Of a DNA stretch of 64,000 bases, positions 63,601 through 64,000 are shown piece after piece (positions within the stretch are counted from its first letter, which is position 1; each line of letters begins with the position of its first letter). The notes under the pieces were generated by a model. It was not told the origin of the DNA, did no database searches, and saw nothing but the letters and a program-made list of their open reading frames with translations. The stretch comes from Mustelus asterias (taxonomy: Eukaryota), in contig NC_135827.1 of the NCBI RefSeq assembly GCF_964213995.1, positions 21,142,001 through 21,206,000 of the forward strand, in the 5' to 3' direction. The position numbers and the translations under genes were made by a program.

Positions 63601-63791
63601 AAAACTTTCTGTACTCATCTATCACTAGTTATGGTGATTGGAAGTTGGATGATTTGCGAGGGATTGAGGAAGATTTTATAGAAATTCTGATAAAAACAAA
63701 ATATTAACACCTCAAATATGAACTTTGCAATTATAAGATATTGTTGAAGATCAAGTGACCTGTAAGTAGTATACCAAAACCAATAATATAG

Positions 63792-64000
63792 AAATCATAG
63801 AAACCCTACAGTGCAGAAAGAGGCCAATTGGCCCATCGAGTCTGCACCGACCACAATCCCACCCAGGCCCTACCCCCATATCCCTACATATTTAACCACT
63901 AATCCCTCTAACCTACACATCTCAGGACACTACGGGGCAATTTTAGCAAGGCCAATCAACCTAACCCGCACATCTTTGGACTGTGGGAAGAAACCGGAGC
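63792..64000 (-). mobile_element. HE1 SINE (runs off the window)
   Basis: Reverse-complement HE1 tail and core. Confidence 0.9.

Larger units (their letters stand above)
41622..63761 (+). pseudogene. Decayed multi-exon plus-strand gene, possibly axonemal dynein heavy chain-like (N-terminal part)
   Basis: Exon-like segments with good splice signals at 41622-41894, 42152-42222, 47503-47642, ~59977-60250, 61604-, 63269- and 63457-63761. Several contain stops. The product guess rests on weak remembered similarity only. Confidence 0.35.

Overview
Repeat-rich vertebrate genomic DNA, almost certainly a shark or other elasmobranch: it carries many HE1 SINEs, CR1/HER1 LINEs, Rex1 LINEs, Penelope pieces with minimal hammerhead ribozymes, Deu-type SINEs and GC-rich MITEs. 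The main host locus is a minus-strand immunoglobulin-superfamily receptor gene built from phase-1 exons: degenerate leader (~25455-25502), V domain with a joined J-like strand (20715-21062), C1-like domain (18803-19106), C2/I-like domain (16867-17187) and a transmembrane exon with an intramembrane Arg (14259-14360). It carries several inactivating lesions. An intact, similar leader exon at 209-257 points to a tandem paralogue beyond the left edge. Scattered plus-strand exon-like pieces (41.6-63.8 kb) suggest a second, decayed large gene, weakly reminiscent of an axonemal dynein heavy chain N-terminus. The most novel-looking item is a ~330-bp, highly structured retroposon with U2 snRNA-derived heads, an A-rich tail and a 14-bp TSD (28763-29094), plus a diverged second copy (20400-20512). 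Several template-switch-like inverted duplications are also present. All family assignments are from recalled motifs, not database searches, and repeat boundaries are approximate unless TSDs or splice sites are quoted.
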